Assembly: GCA_965198175.1 (NCBI GenBank)
Contig: OZ240245.1
Location: forward strand, 3,744,001 to 3,808,000
Direction of reading: 5' to 3'
DNA length: 64,000 nt
Source: Candidatus Poribacteria bacterium
GTDB taxonomy: Bacteria > Poribacteria > WGA-4E > PCPOR2b
The notes under the pieces are model-generated. The model saw only the letters and a list, made by a program, of their open reading frames with translations, did no database searches and had not been told where the DNA came from. Positions 1-9,006 of this stretch are shown in pieces (the stretch's first letter is position 1; every line of letters begins with the position of its first letter). The translations under genes were made by a program, and so were the position numbers.

Positions 1-884
1 AGGTAAAAGACATCGCCCGGGTACGCTTCACGCCCCGGCGGGCGGCGTGAGAGCAGCGACATCTGACGATACGCCCACGCATGTTTGGTAAGATCGTCGT
101 AAATAACCAGTGCGTGTTGTCCTTTATCGCGGAAGTATTCTCCCATCGAAGTCCCTGTGTAGGGTGCAAGGTATTGGAGCGGAGATGGCTCACTAGCCGG
201 TGCGGAGACGACGACCGTGTAATCCATCGCGCCATGCTGTTCTAAGGTATTCACGACCTGTGCAACCGTCGAACCCTTCTGCCCAACCGCCACATAGATG
301 CAGAACACATCGGTACTTTTCTGGTTAATGATGGTATCGATTGGGATAGCCGTTTTGCCCGTCTGACGGTCGCCGATAATTAGCTCACGCTGCCCTCTTC
401 CAATCGGCGTCATACTGTCAATCGCCTTCAAGCCGGTATAAAGTGGTTCGTTCACTGGCTGACGTTGCACAATACCCAGCCCTTTCCGTTCAACGGGGAG
501 GGTCTGTTCGGTCTTGATTTCTCCTTTGCCATCAATAGGTTGTCCAAGAGCATTTACAACACGCCCAAGCAACGCCTCACCGACAGGCACTTCGAGCAAT
601 CTGTTAGTCCGCTTGGCGAGATCGCCCTCATGGATTAACTTATCTTCACCGAAGAGGACGCAGCCGACGTTATCTTCTTCGAGGTTGAACGCCATGCCGA
701 ATACGTCATTCGGAAATTCAATCATTTCGCTCGCCATTACGTTTGCAAGTCCATGCACACGGGCAATCCCGTCGCCAACGTCCAAGACCGTCCCAGATTC
801 GTACACATCGACCTGCTGACTGTATTGTAGTAGTTGCTGTTTTAGAATGTTTGAAACCTCATCGGGTCTTACTTCTCTTGCCAT
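1..884 (-). CDS. atpA: F1 ATP synthase subunit alpha (5' part; runs off the window start)
   Basis: Absent from the ORF track because it is truncated. Manual translation from ATG 884 gives [15 protein letters not shown]..., with the Walker A motif GDRQTGKT and [24 protein letters not shown] upstream. Confidence 0.97.
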   Translation of the reverse strand, partial: MAREVRPDEVSNILKQQLLQYSQQVDVYESGTVLDVGDGIARVHGLANVMASEMIEFPNDVFGMAFNLEEDNVGCVLFGEDKLIHEGDLAKRTNRLLEVPVGEALLGRVVNALGQPIDGKGEIKTEQTLPVERKGLGIVQRQPVNEPLYTGLKAIDSMTPIGRGQRELIIGDRQTGKTAIPIDTIINQKSTDVFCIYVAVGQKGSTVAQVVNTLEQHGAMDYTVVVSAPASEPSPLQYLAPYTGTSMGEYFRDKGQHALVIYDDLTKHAWAYRQMSLLSRRPPGREAYPGDVFY

Positions 885-1034
885 AATCGGATCTCCTCAA
901 TAAAAAATAAGCACAAGAGGTAGCTCCTACTTCTTGCTTTCCTGACTACTGACTCGCAGATATTATAGGATATCTTCAATAAGTACAACTTATCATTTTA
1001 ATGGATCAAGTAAGATATCTTTGATTTTTTCCCC

Positions 1035-2045
1035 CTATTGCTTCTGTTCAATCTCCTGTTCTTTTATTTTTCCCCATTGAACGATTCGCTTCGCTTTCGG
1101 AGAGACTGAGACAACGGTTGAAAGCACAGGAGACCATGAAGGAAGGCTACCCTCTCTTGGACCATCAGTTAGATTAACAATATTGGTTCCATCGGCGTTC
1201 ATCGTATAGATGTCGAAGCCTGCTGAAAAAGCAATCTGTTTGCCGTCTGGCGACCAGGAAGGGCGCTTATACGGTCTCACATGGAGCGTGAGGCTGACGA
1301 CATTGGTGCCGTCGGGATTCATCACATAAATGCCCGTGCGATCGTGCTCATCATCTCTACCTGACACAAAGGCAATCTGCTTTCCATCAGGAGACCAAGC
1401 AGGATATAGGTCAGATGCAAGATGTTTGGTCAACCGGACAACATTGGCACCGTCAGCATTCATCACATAGATTTCGTAGTTGCCATCCCGCAGTGACACA
1501 AAAGCGATCTGCGTTCCGTTCGGGGACCAAGTAGGAAATGTGTCCTCTCGCGGCTGATTGGTGAGATTGACCTGGTTTGTCCCATCTGGATTCATTACAT
1601 AAATCTCCGCATCTCCCGATCTGTAGGCAATTTGCTTTCCATCCGGAGACCACGCCGGGGAGAAGTCTACAAATACACGATGAGTCAATCGTACAGGATT
1701 GGTGCCGTCGGCGTTCATCACATAGATTTCATGCCCTCCCCCAATTCGGTTTGACGCAAAGGCAATCTGTTTCCCGTCAGGAGCCCAAGATGGATACGAA
1801 TCATGTCCTGGGTGATGTGTCAGCCGGATTTCATCAGTTCCATTGGCGTTCATCACATAGATGTCTCCACCACCTGTGAGGGTTGAAACAAAAGCAATCT
1901 TTGTGTCAGCGATTGTTGTCTCGGCTTGCGATTCCCTCAGAAGAACATCTCTGGAAGAAACCAGAACGAGACTTGCCGTCAGTGCGAAAAGAAGCATCCC
2001 CCGCCAGGGTGTAAGTACGATACGTTCCAACAGTGTAGGTCGCAT
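1035..2045 (-). CDS. Secreted TolB-like (PD40-repeat) beta-propeller protein with C-terminal V-x9-WGxIK motif
   Basis: Hydrophobic N-terminus; about six ~44-aa repeats IYVMNADG...PSWSPDGKQIAF; ends VSPKAKRIVQWGKIK... Confidence 0.9.
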   Translation of the reverse strand: MRPTLLERIVLTPWRGMLLFALTASLVLVSSRDVLLRESQAETTIADTKIAFVSTLTGGGDIYVMNANGTDEIRLTHHPGHDSYPSWAPDGKQIAFASNRIGGGHEIYVMNADGTNPVRLTHRVFVDFSPAWSPDGKQIAYRSGDAEIYVMNPDGTNQVNLTNQPREDTFPTWSPNGTQIAFVSLRDGNYEIYVMNADGANVVRLTKHLASDLYPAWSPDGKQIAFVSGRDDEHDRTGIYVMNPDGTNVVSLTLHVRPYKRPSWSPDGKQIAFSAGFDIYTMNADGTNIVNLTDGPREGSLPSWSPVLSTVVSVSPKAKRIVQWGKIKEQEIEQKQ

Positions 2046-3086
2046 CTATTGTCCCTTTCTGACAAGCACTTTTATCTGTCCCCATAAGGTCGTCTGCTTA
2101 TTTTGCGGGGAGACCGCAGCAAATGCTGGAAATATCGGGTACCAAGAAGGGCTTGAGTCAGGCACACGATTGTTCGTCAACCTAACAGGATTAGTCCCAT
2201 CGGCGTTCATCACGTAGATTTCAGAGTGGTTATCCTGCCGCGATTCAAAGGCAATCTTCGCCCCATTGGGAGACCAACTGGGATGCCCATCATCACCCGG
2301 ATGATTGGTGAGATTGACCGGATTGGTGCCGTCAGCGTTCATCACATAGATTTCAAAGTCATTGTCGTTTCGGTCTGACATAAATGCAATTTTTGTCCCG
2401 TCGGGCGACCATGAAGGGAACCAATCGGTGAACGGAGAAAACGTCAGCCGGGTCAAATTGGCACCGTCGTCAGCATTCATCGCATAGATTTCTTCATTCC
2501 GCGGAAGATTTGCATCGAAGCGAGTTCTCATCGACATAAAAGCAATCTTTGTTCCATCCGGTGACCAACTCGGCATACTGTCGGCCTGCAGATGAAAAGT
2601 GAGATTGACCGGATTAGTCCCATCGGCATTCATCACATAGATTTCATCGTTGTTATCTCGGCGCGATTCAAATGCGATTTTTGTCCCGTCGGGCGACCAA
2701 GTAGGAAACGAGTCCTGGCGCGGATGATTGGTGAGATTGACCGGATTAGTCCCATCAGCATTCATCACATAAATTTCAAAGTTGCCGTCTCGGTTTGACA
2801 TAAAGATAATCTTTGTTCCGTCAGGCGACCAGCTTGGCCATCTATCTAACGATGGATGGTTGGTCAGACGGACGGAATTTTCGCCATTGGCATTTATCAC
2901 GTAGATTTCCCGATTGGCAAAATCTATTACTGATTCAAAAACAATCTGTGTGTTGGCGAGTTGTGCTTTCGATTCTCTCAGGGTAACATCACCGGCATAG
3001 ACCAGCATAAGGCCCATCACTAGTGCAAACCCCAATTCTCGTGACTGAGATGTCGGAGATATATGTTGCCTATATGTTGGTTTCAT
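2046..3086 (-). CDS. Secreted TolB-like (PD40-repeat) beta-propeller protein, paralog of the neighbour
   Basis: Repeats EIYVMNADGTNPVNLT...PSWSPDGTKIAF; ends VSPQNKQTTLWGQIK...; its stop codon directly abuts the next ATG. Confidence 0.9.
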   Translation of the reverse strand: MKPTYRQHISPTSQSRELGFALVMGLMLVYAGDVTLRESKAQLANTQIVFESVIDFANREIYVINANGENSVRLTNHPSLDRWPSWSPDGTKIIFMSNRDGNFEIYVMNADGTNPVNLTNHPRQDSFPTWSPDGTKIAFESRRDNNDEIYVMNADGTNPVNLTFHLQADSMPSWSPDGTKIAFMSMRTRFDANLPRNEEIYAMNADDGANLTRLTFSPFTDWFPSWSPDGTKIAFMSDRNDNDFEIYVMNADGTNPVNLTNHPGDDGHPSWSPNGAKIAFESRQDNHSEIYVMNADGTNPVRLTNNRVPDSSPSWYPIFPAFAAVSPQNKQTTLWGQIKVLVRKGQ

Positions 3087-3213
3087 GGTAGAGTTCCTTT
3101 CTTACCCTCGGCTTTCAGCAATCCGCTTCTGAATAGAGGCATTGGAATTAAAAATTAGAGCGTGCGAACAACACCTCAACCCCCAATTTCCAGTGTCTCA
3201 TAAAAGATAGTAC

Positions 3214-5448
3214 CTATTCCACTACCACCATTCTGCGTGTCGCTGCATAATCCCCCGCAGTTAAGTAGTAGAAATAAATGCCGCTGGCGATTCGTTCTCC
3301 GAGGTCATTGTTACCATCCCAGTAAGCCGATTTCTCTTTCGAGAAATAGCGTCCAGCCGGTTTTATTCCGATGTTAAGGTGCCGAACCAATTTGCCGCTG
3401 ACATCAAAAATTTGTATTGACACAGGAGCTTCTCTGGCAATTGAATAAGGAATCCAGGTATCTGGATTGAATGGGTTAGGGAAGTTCTGGCCCAAATCAT
3501 CCACAACTGTTTCGTTCTCACCGCTAGTCATATGCGCGGCGGGGGCAAGAGGACCGTGTCCTTCGCGAGTATAGGTGTTCGGAAAAGCAACCGTGACATA
3601 CGCCGTAGAACTAGAGGTCTTATTCCGCACCTCTACAAGGACTTTTCTATTATTACTTCCATCATACACTACTTGCTCCACATTATCTACCTGAGATTCT
3701 GACGATGTCAGTTGAGTTCCTTTGACATCATTGGTGAAATCATAGAGGAAGAGATCTAGATTATTTAAACCATTATCAGTTGCCCCTGGATTAGTCGACG
3801 GATTGTTTGCATCTCCACTTTCGATGTAGCCATAATCCACTTCGCGCTCCCAGACTGCCGTAATCTTTTCGCCATCGTCTAATGTGCAGGACCAAAAGTA
3901 CGCGTCCAAGCTGCCGCCGGCCGGGTTCACTCCGACACTATCAGTTCGCCACTGAGTCAGAGCGGTTTCAAGGTTTATATATCCCCAACCGTGTTTCCTA
4001 TCCCAGTCTGCCCCCCAACCATTATTCCAATCATCGGCCGTGTTGATAAGTACCGCTTTGAGTTCCTTAGGCCAACCTCCTATGTAATCGTAGAGTACCG
4101 CAATAGCCCCCGTGACGTGGGGAGCTGCAAAAGAAGTCCCCGTGAACGTGATTAGGTTGGTCCCCGTGCCGTAATCCGGAGTGTTGAAATTGTCATAATC
4201 GCGTCGTGCTGTCACTATACTCTTTCCGGGGGCGATGACATCCGGCTTTTTCCGACCATTGGCCGGCCCCTGGCTACTCGTTTGCCAAGCGACATCATCT
4301 GTTCTGGTTTCGGTATTTCTATTGTCCATATTAGCGACAGTTAGACCATTGTACATTTCCCCTGGAACTGCAATCCCTAGACTACCCCGATTGCCAGCAG
4401 ATTTGACAACCATGACCTGAAGATCGTGCACAATCGCGTCGAAGAACTGGGCACTATCAGAATATCCGCTAACACTATTCCAAGAAAGTGATAGATTAAT
4501 GATGTCGGCTGTTTCATGATTATTTGGATATGGAGAACGTGATGCATCGAGTGCCCAATCAACGGCATCCCACACCTCTATTTCAGAAACAGGGACCCCG
4601 TCATCCATAACTTTACAAATAATGATTTTATCGATTCCATGGCCAACGCCTTTATAAGTGCTGTTCGTACTGGCAATAATCCCCGCCACGGCAGTTCCAT
4701 GCCCATAGTCGTCATCAGCGTAATTCTCTGCCGTCTTTGAGTAAAACGCCGAACCGTCCTTATGGGATCTAAGACCTGGGTGATTGATAGTCACTCCTGA
4801 ATCTACTACCGCTACATCCCATACGCCGTCGCCATCATAACCAATATTCCAAAGGTGATCGGCACCAATTGCTTTCGCCGTATCATCAATTTCCAGATGC
4901 CCTCCATGATCTTTACTTATCCGCGCAACGTCTGGATTATTTGCTAACTGGTTAAGCACGGTTGACGGAATTTCAACACCTAACACATTAACAAATCCCA
5001 CTTGAGCATATACGTCGCCCATAAGCACGTCTGTGATAAAAGCAACCACCCGGGTCTGTTGTGGCTCAATTTGAGGTTTAATCCCCGCGTAAATTGCCCG
5101 GCGCATATCATCAAGTGCGGCATCATGTTCCCTATGTATGTTCTTGAGACGGTCTCTGATGACCTCAGGAATCACATCTGTTCCAATTACAAATGGCTGA
5201 ATAAGTTCCTGAACCTGATTCGAGAATCGGCTAAATTGGGGCTGAAATGCTTCCTTTTGATCGAGCGCCTTTTGATGTCCTGGTTGCTGAGAGAGGAAGA
5301 CTTTGAGTTTCAAAGAATCTTGATTGCCTGCGGCATCAATTACTTCTGATGTAATGGTCGCCCCCTGCGCAGTCCTAAACGATACTGCGGTAGTAAAAAC
5401 TGTGACCAAAATCATTAAAGGAAGAATACGATGGAATCTGATGTTCAT
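3214..5448 (-). CDS. Secreted S8 (subtilisin-like) serine protease with FlgD-Ig/T9SS-type-A-like C-terminal domain
   Basis: Signal peptide; catalytic motifs VAVVDSG, HGTAVAG, GTSFAAPHV; oxyanion SAGN; C-terminal QNFPNPFNP...YWDG...SGIYFY. Confidence 0.93.
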   Translation of the reverse strand: MNIRFHRILPLMILVTVFTTAVSFRTAQGATITSEVIDAAGNQDSLKLKVFLSQQPGHQKALDQKEAFQPQFSRFSNQVQELIQPFVIGTDVIPEVIRDRLKNIHREHDAALDDMRRAIYAGIKPQIEPQQTRVVAFITDVLMGDVYAQVGFVNVLGVEIPSTVLNQLANNPDVARISKDHGGHLEIDDTAKAIGADHLWNIGYDGDGVWDVAVVDSGVTINHPGLRSHKDGSAFYSKTAENYADDDYGHGTAVAGIIASTNSTYKGVGHGIDKIIICKVMDDGVPVSEIEVWDAVDWALDASRSPYPNNHETADIINLSLSWNSVSGYSDSAQFFDAIVHDLQVMVVKSAGNRGSLGIAVPGEMYNGLTVANMDNRNTETRTDDVAWQTSSQGPANGRKKPDVIAPGKSIVTARRDYDNFNTPDYGTGTNLITFTGTSFAAPHVTGAIAVLYDYIGGWPKELKAVLINTADDWNNGWGADWDRKHGWGYINLETALTQWRTDSVGVNPAGGSLDAYFWSCTLDDGEKITAVWEREVDYGYIESGDANNPSTNPGATDNGLNNLDLFLYDFTNDVKGTQLTSSESQVDNVEQVVYDGSNNRKVLVEVRNKTSSSTAYVTVAFPNTYTREGHGPLAPAAHMTSGENETVVDDLGQNFPNPFNPDTWIPYSIAREAPVSIQIFDVSGKLVRHLNIGIKPAGRYFSKEKSAYWDGNNDLGERIASGIYFYYLTAGDYAATRRMVVVE

Positions 5449-5579
5449 GATTATCCTCCCTCTGGAAATTGTATTTACGACTCTAACACGATCCTTGATA
5501 TGTGTCGACGATAGTAGCTAAGGAGATACCCTCACTATAAGACCGTTGCGAGGAAGTTTACTACCCTATTCACTTTAGT

Positions 5580-6122
5580 CTATCCCCTCGCAAGTAATGT
5601 TCTCAATCGCTGAAGCTGTGATACAACACTTCCATCAAAAACAGTGTCCCCTAATCGAATAATGGTTCCCCCTTGGATAGCGACATCTACGCCCAACTCA
5701 AGCCGCACCTCCGCCGCCCCCGAATAATCGCGCAGTCGTTGCGTGAGGTCCGTGCATTGCGCATCGTTAAGGGAAACCGCCGATGTGACCTGCGCAACGA
5801 CGCGCCCTGCCTTCCGATCAACAATCTCCAAAAACGTCTTCAAAATTGCGACCAAGAACCGATCACGTTGTTTCGACGCTAGCAAAAGCAGGAAACTGAG
5901 CGTAAGGGGTTCAACAGTTTCCGATAGGAGTTGTTGAAACATCTCACCCTTAAATTGCGGCGACAGCATAGGGTTGGTCAAGAACCTTTCAAAATCTTCT
6001 GATTCACCCGTTAGCTCAATCAGTCGATCGGCATCTGCAACGATGCGATCCAATGCATCCTGCTCTATCGCTGCATCATACAATGCTTGTGCATAGGGCT
6101 TGGCAATGCGAATCTCTCTCAT
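5580..6122 (-). CDS. atpH: ATP synthase subunit delta
   Basis: IAKPYAQALY N-terminus, GG..I..GD.V.DGS C-terminus; position after atpF. Confidence 0.95.
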   Translation of the reverse strand: MREIRIAKPYAQALYDAAIEQDALDRIVADADRLIELTGESEDFERFLTNPMLSPQFKGEMFQQLLSETVEPLTLSFLLLLASKQRDRFLVAILKTFLEIVDRKAGRVVAQVTSAVSLNDAQCTDLTQRLRDYSGAAEVRLELGVDVAIQGGTIIRLGDTVFDGSVVSQLQRLRTLLARG

Positions 6123-6156
6123 TGGGTAGTGTCTTCAAATGGCATACTTGAAATTA

Positions 6157-6747
6157 TTAGGTATTCTGCGTAGGAAGACGGCTGATTGACTCGTCAATAA
6201 TGTGCTGGTGTTTCTCAGCATCAAGCGTCTGGTCGATAATTTTACTAGCGGCATCAATGGCAATTTCTGCGACAGTGCCTCGGAGTTCGAGGATGGCTTC
6301 CTCTTTTTCGCGCTGAATCTCAGCGCGCGCTCTTTCAAGTTCCGCCCCTGCTTCCTGACGCGCACTATCTAAAATGCGCTGCCTCTCGGCATTCCCTTCA
6401 TCGATTGCGGCTTGGATTTTCGCTTGGCCCACCGCTTCAATGTCGCTGAGCCGCTGACGAGTTTCTGAATTTAACCGGTCCAGCTCAAGTTGATCCGCCT
6501 CTAACTTTTCCATTCGCGCTGTGATTTCCTGTTGCCGTGCTTCCAAAAGTCCACCAACGCGACCGAAGACAAATTTCCAAAGCACGAGCAGGACAACGAG
6601 AAAGCCAAGGGCTTGGAGGACAATTGTCTGGAGATCTATTCCAATCGCGCCTAATAGTCCGCCACCGCCTTCAGCGGCAAATGCGTAAGGCATCGCCGTC
6701 AAAATACTTGCAGACGTTACTAAGACCAAATTCCAATATTTATTCAT
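6157..6747 (-). CDS. atpF: ATP synthase subunit b
   Basis: One TM helix followed by a long coiled coil. Start moved to ATG 6747 (MNKYWN...) because the track start overlaps atpE. Confidence 0.92.
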   Translation of the reverse strand: MNKYWNLVLVTSASILTAMPYAFAAEGGGGLLGAIGIDLQTIVLQALGFLVVLLVLWKFVFGRVGGLLEARQQEITARMEKLEADQLELDRLNSETRQRLSDIEAVGQAKIQAAIDEGNAERQRILDSARQEAGAELERARAEIQREKEEAILELRGTVAEIAIDAASKIIDQTLDAEKHQHIIDESISRLPTQNT

Positions 6748-6832
6748 TATAATTCGTCGTCTCGTAAATGCTGAAACATAACGCGCGACCGCTATGATCG
6801 CGCAGTACGTTTCATGCTCTGTATTGATGCTT

Positions 6833-7162
6833 CTAGTGGCTGTGATCTTGGTCGTGATGCTCCTCAGTCGTCCCAACCTGCATAATCTTTTCAAGCGGGC
6901 TGACCTTTTCGCCCTCAGCTGGCGTTACATCCGGCAGTTTTCCCATCAGCAGGAAAAAGATGAGTAGCGAGTAGATAACGAGAGATTCGATGAGTGCCAG
7001 ACCGATAATCATCGCTGTCTGAATTTGAGGCGCCGCTTCAGGTTGACGCGCGATACCTTCGAGTGCGGTGCTCGTCGCCTTACCTTGTGCAGTTGACGCA
7101 GCAATCACGGCAATGGGTAGACCAAGTGCCACCCCAAAAGCTAAAACCGCGAGATAAATCAT
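6833..7162 (-). CDS. atpE: ATP synthase subunit c with His-rich C-terminal extension
   Basis: ARQPE loop, IESLVIY ion-binding helix; AGGAGG RBS. Confidence 0.96.
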   Translation of the reverse strand: MIYLAVLAFGVALGLPIAVIAASTAQGKATSTALEGIARQPEAAPQIQTAMIIGLALIESLVIYSLLIFFLLMGKLPDVTPAEGEKVSPLEKIMQVGTTEEHHDQDHSH

Positions 7163-7240
7163 GAAATTTCCTCCTTAAATTTTATGCCAATGCAGAAAGT
7201 TTTAAACCGAATACAACAACAGACGAGCGACGGTGATCGC

Positions 7241-8095
7241 TCATCGTTCTAAATGATGTGCCTCCGCACCATGCCCCTCATCATGATGTTCAAGAAACGT
7301 AACGATGTAAATCGAAGTCAACATTGAGAAGACAAGCGCTTGCAGAAAGCCACCAAATAACCCAAAAAACAGCATCGGCACCTGGATCGGCACCCAAGGG
7401 ATGACCCCGGCGATTGCGGGAATTGCAAGCCCCAACAGTGTTAGGTTAATAATGACGGATTCCTCACCAAAAATATTTCCGAAAAGTCGGATTGCAAGGG
7501 AACCTGCACGTGCGACTTCGCCAATAACATGCAGCGGAAACATCAAAGGTCCCAACCACCACGGATCGCCGATAAAGTGCCGCAGATAGCCAACCAACCC
7601 ATTCTCTTTAATCGCAATGATATGAACACCAACTAGCGCACTAATTCCGAGCGCGAGCGTTGTGTTCAGATCGGCAGTCGGAGATTGGAAACCGGGTATG
7701 AGGCCAAGATAGTTCAAGAACAGGATAAAGATGAAAAAAGATCCGACGAACGGAACGTATTTTTTCCCGTGTTCTCCCAAAATTCCGCCGAAGAAATTGA
7801 TTAACCCGCCAACGAACAACTCCAGCAGAGTCTGTCCCTTGGATTCGGGAAGCCGCTTAATTTTTCGGGTCGCAAGAATGAACAGAAGTGAGACAATCAA
7901 TACCACGAAGTAGGCGTTGGGGATGAGATCGGGCTGATGCCAGCGTTCTGGTTCTGGAATTAGTTCGTTTGGGAGAACCTTTGAGATTGGGCTTAACCAA
8001 GAGCGATGTGCTTCTTCAGCCGCAAAACCCACATGAACTGCGTTGGTAGCAGAAAAAAAGACAAAAAGTAGCAGCGTGTAAACCGCTTTTTTCAT
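7241..8095 (-). CDS. atpB: ATP synthase subunit a
   Basis: SPTADLNTT, SLAIRLFGNI (conserved Arg), LQALVFSMLT. Confidence 0.96.
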   Translation of the reverse strand: MKKAVYTLLLFVFFSATNAVHVGFAAEEAHRSWLSPISKVLPNELIPEPERWHQPDLIPNAYFVVLIVSLLFILATRKIKRLPESKGQTLLELFVGGLINFFGGILGEHGKKYVPFVGSFFIFILFLNYLGLIPGFQSPTADLNTTLALGISALVGVHIIAIKENGLVGYLRHFIGDPWWLGPLMFPLHVIGEVARAGSLAIRLFGNIFGEESVIINLTLLGLAIPAIAGVIPWVPIQVPMLFFGLFGGFLQALVFSMLTSIYIVTFLEHHDEGHGAEAHHLER

Positions 8096-8114
8096 TGTTT
8101 ATGAATCGCTAATT

Positions 8115-8525
8115 TTATGTTGTGTCGCCTTTGAATAGAATTCCCACCATGAGTCCGACCGCTTTAAGAATTATGACAACTTGCACTAATCCGACCCCCG
8201 CAGCGAGGGTGTAGACATTCAGCCAGTTTGCTTTCATCAGAAAATAAAATCCGACAAAGATGAGCGTGTATTTTCCGAGTGCAATGAATCCAAACCAACG
8301 CTTTGTCTTGGGTGTACCGCCGGGCTTAACCACGCGGCGTATGACAAACTCTAGCGACAAAATTGCGCTTAAACTGAAAAGGCTGCCAATTGCAAAACTT
8401 AAACCGCTAGGAAACCCATACACCGCCCAAAGCATCGGCGTAACAAGCAGTGCAAGAATGGCCGATAAACGATAGATCTGTCGTAGGAATCGATCGTCCG
8501 CTTCAAAGGGAGTTTGGGCAATCAC
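8115..8525 (-). CDS. atpI: ATP synthase protein I
   Basis: Four-TM protein immediately upstream of atpB. Confidence 0.8.
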   Translation of the reverse strand: MIAQTPFEADDRFLRQIYRLSAILALLVTPMLWAVYGFPSGLSFAIGSLFSLSAILSLEFVIRRVVKPGGTPKTKRWFGFIALGKYTLIFVGFYFLMKANWLNVYTLAAGVGLVQVVIILKAVGLMVGILFKGDTT

Positions 8526-8526
8526 G

Positions 8527-8799
8527 TTACGAATCCCCCTCCGAATCCTTTACATCTCTGCGCTCTTGGCGTTTCATGCGTTTATTCCACCGAGAAACCG
8601 CCCGGAACATCTCCGTAAAGCCGGCGGCTGCTCCGAACAGAAAGCCGACGATTGATCCGACGGTTTGATAGCCGAGTTTCCCACCAATCCACCTGCCAGC
8701 GAAGAATCCAATGACAATGGCGAATACGAGGGTTAGCCCGATTGTACTGAGATCCCCGATACTGTTCCACTCGCCACCTCTCTTCTTGGACCAAAACAT
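8527..8799 (-). CDS. AtpZ/AtpI-family (AtpQ-like) two-TM protein
   Basis: IG...G.W.G..LG...G...G..AGF two-helix pattern; first gene of the atp operon. Confidence 0.8.
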   Translation of the reverse strand: MFWSKKRGGEWNSIGDLSTIGLTLVFAIVIGFFAGRWIGGKLGYQTVGSIVGFLFGAAAGFTEMFRAVSRWNKRMKRQERRDVKDSEGDS

Positions 8800-8943
8800 C
8801 TTGAACTCGCTTGTCCCCTAGATTCGGTATTAGGGAATAAGTATTGGATATTTTCAAGCCTTAATGCCGCGTGTTTTTCTAACTTGACGGTGTTTTCTCA
8901 AGTGGCTCAAACGTGCCAAGGGAACCTTCATCTAAAATCACGA

Positions 8944-8972
8944 ATTCTATCAAGGTCCATAAAAGGGGTCAA
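8944..8972 (-). promoter_or_regulatory. Sigma70-type promoter of the atp operon
   Basis: Minus strand TTGACC-17 nt-TAGAAT, about 145 nt upstream of the first atp gene. Confidence 0.65.
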
Positions 8973-9006
8973 TTCCGGCAGATCTGTTAATCTCTAGGCG
9001 ATACGA

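Noticed and set aside
1035..3086. True tolB of a Tol-Pal system
   Set aside because: No TolB N-terminal domain and no tolQRA or pal neighbours.
6748..6894. Long N-terminal extension of AtpF given by the ORF track
   Set aside because: It overlaps atpE; ATG 6747 gives a sensible N-terminus.
5580..8799. N-ATPase operon
   Set aside because: Gene order is the canonical I-B-E-F-H-A with a separate delta subunit, not the D-C-Q-R-B-E-F-A-G layout.
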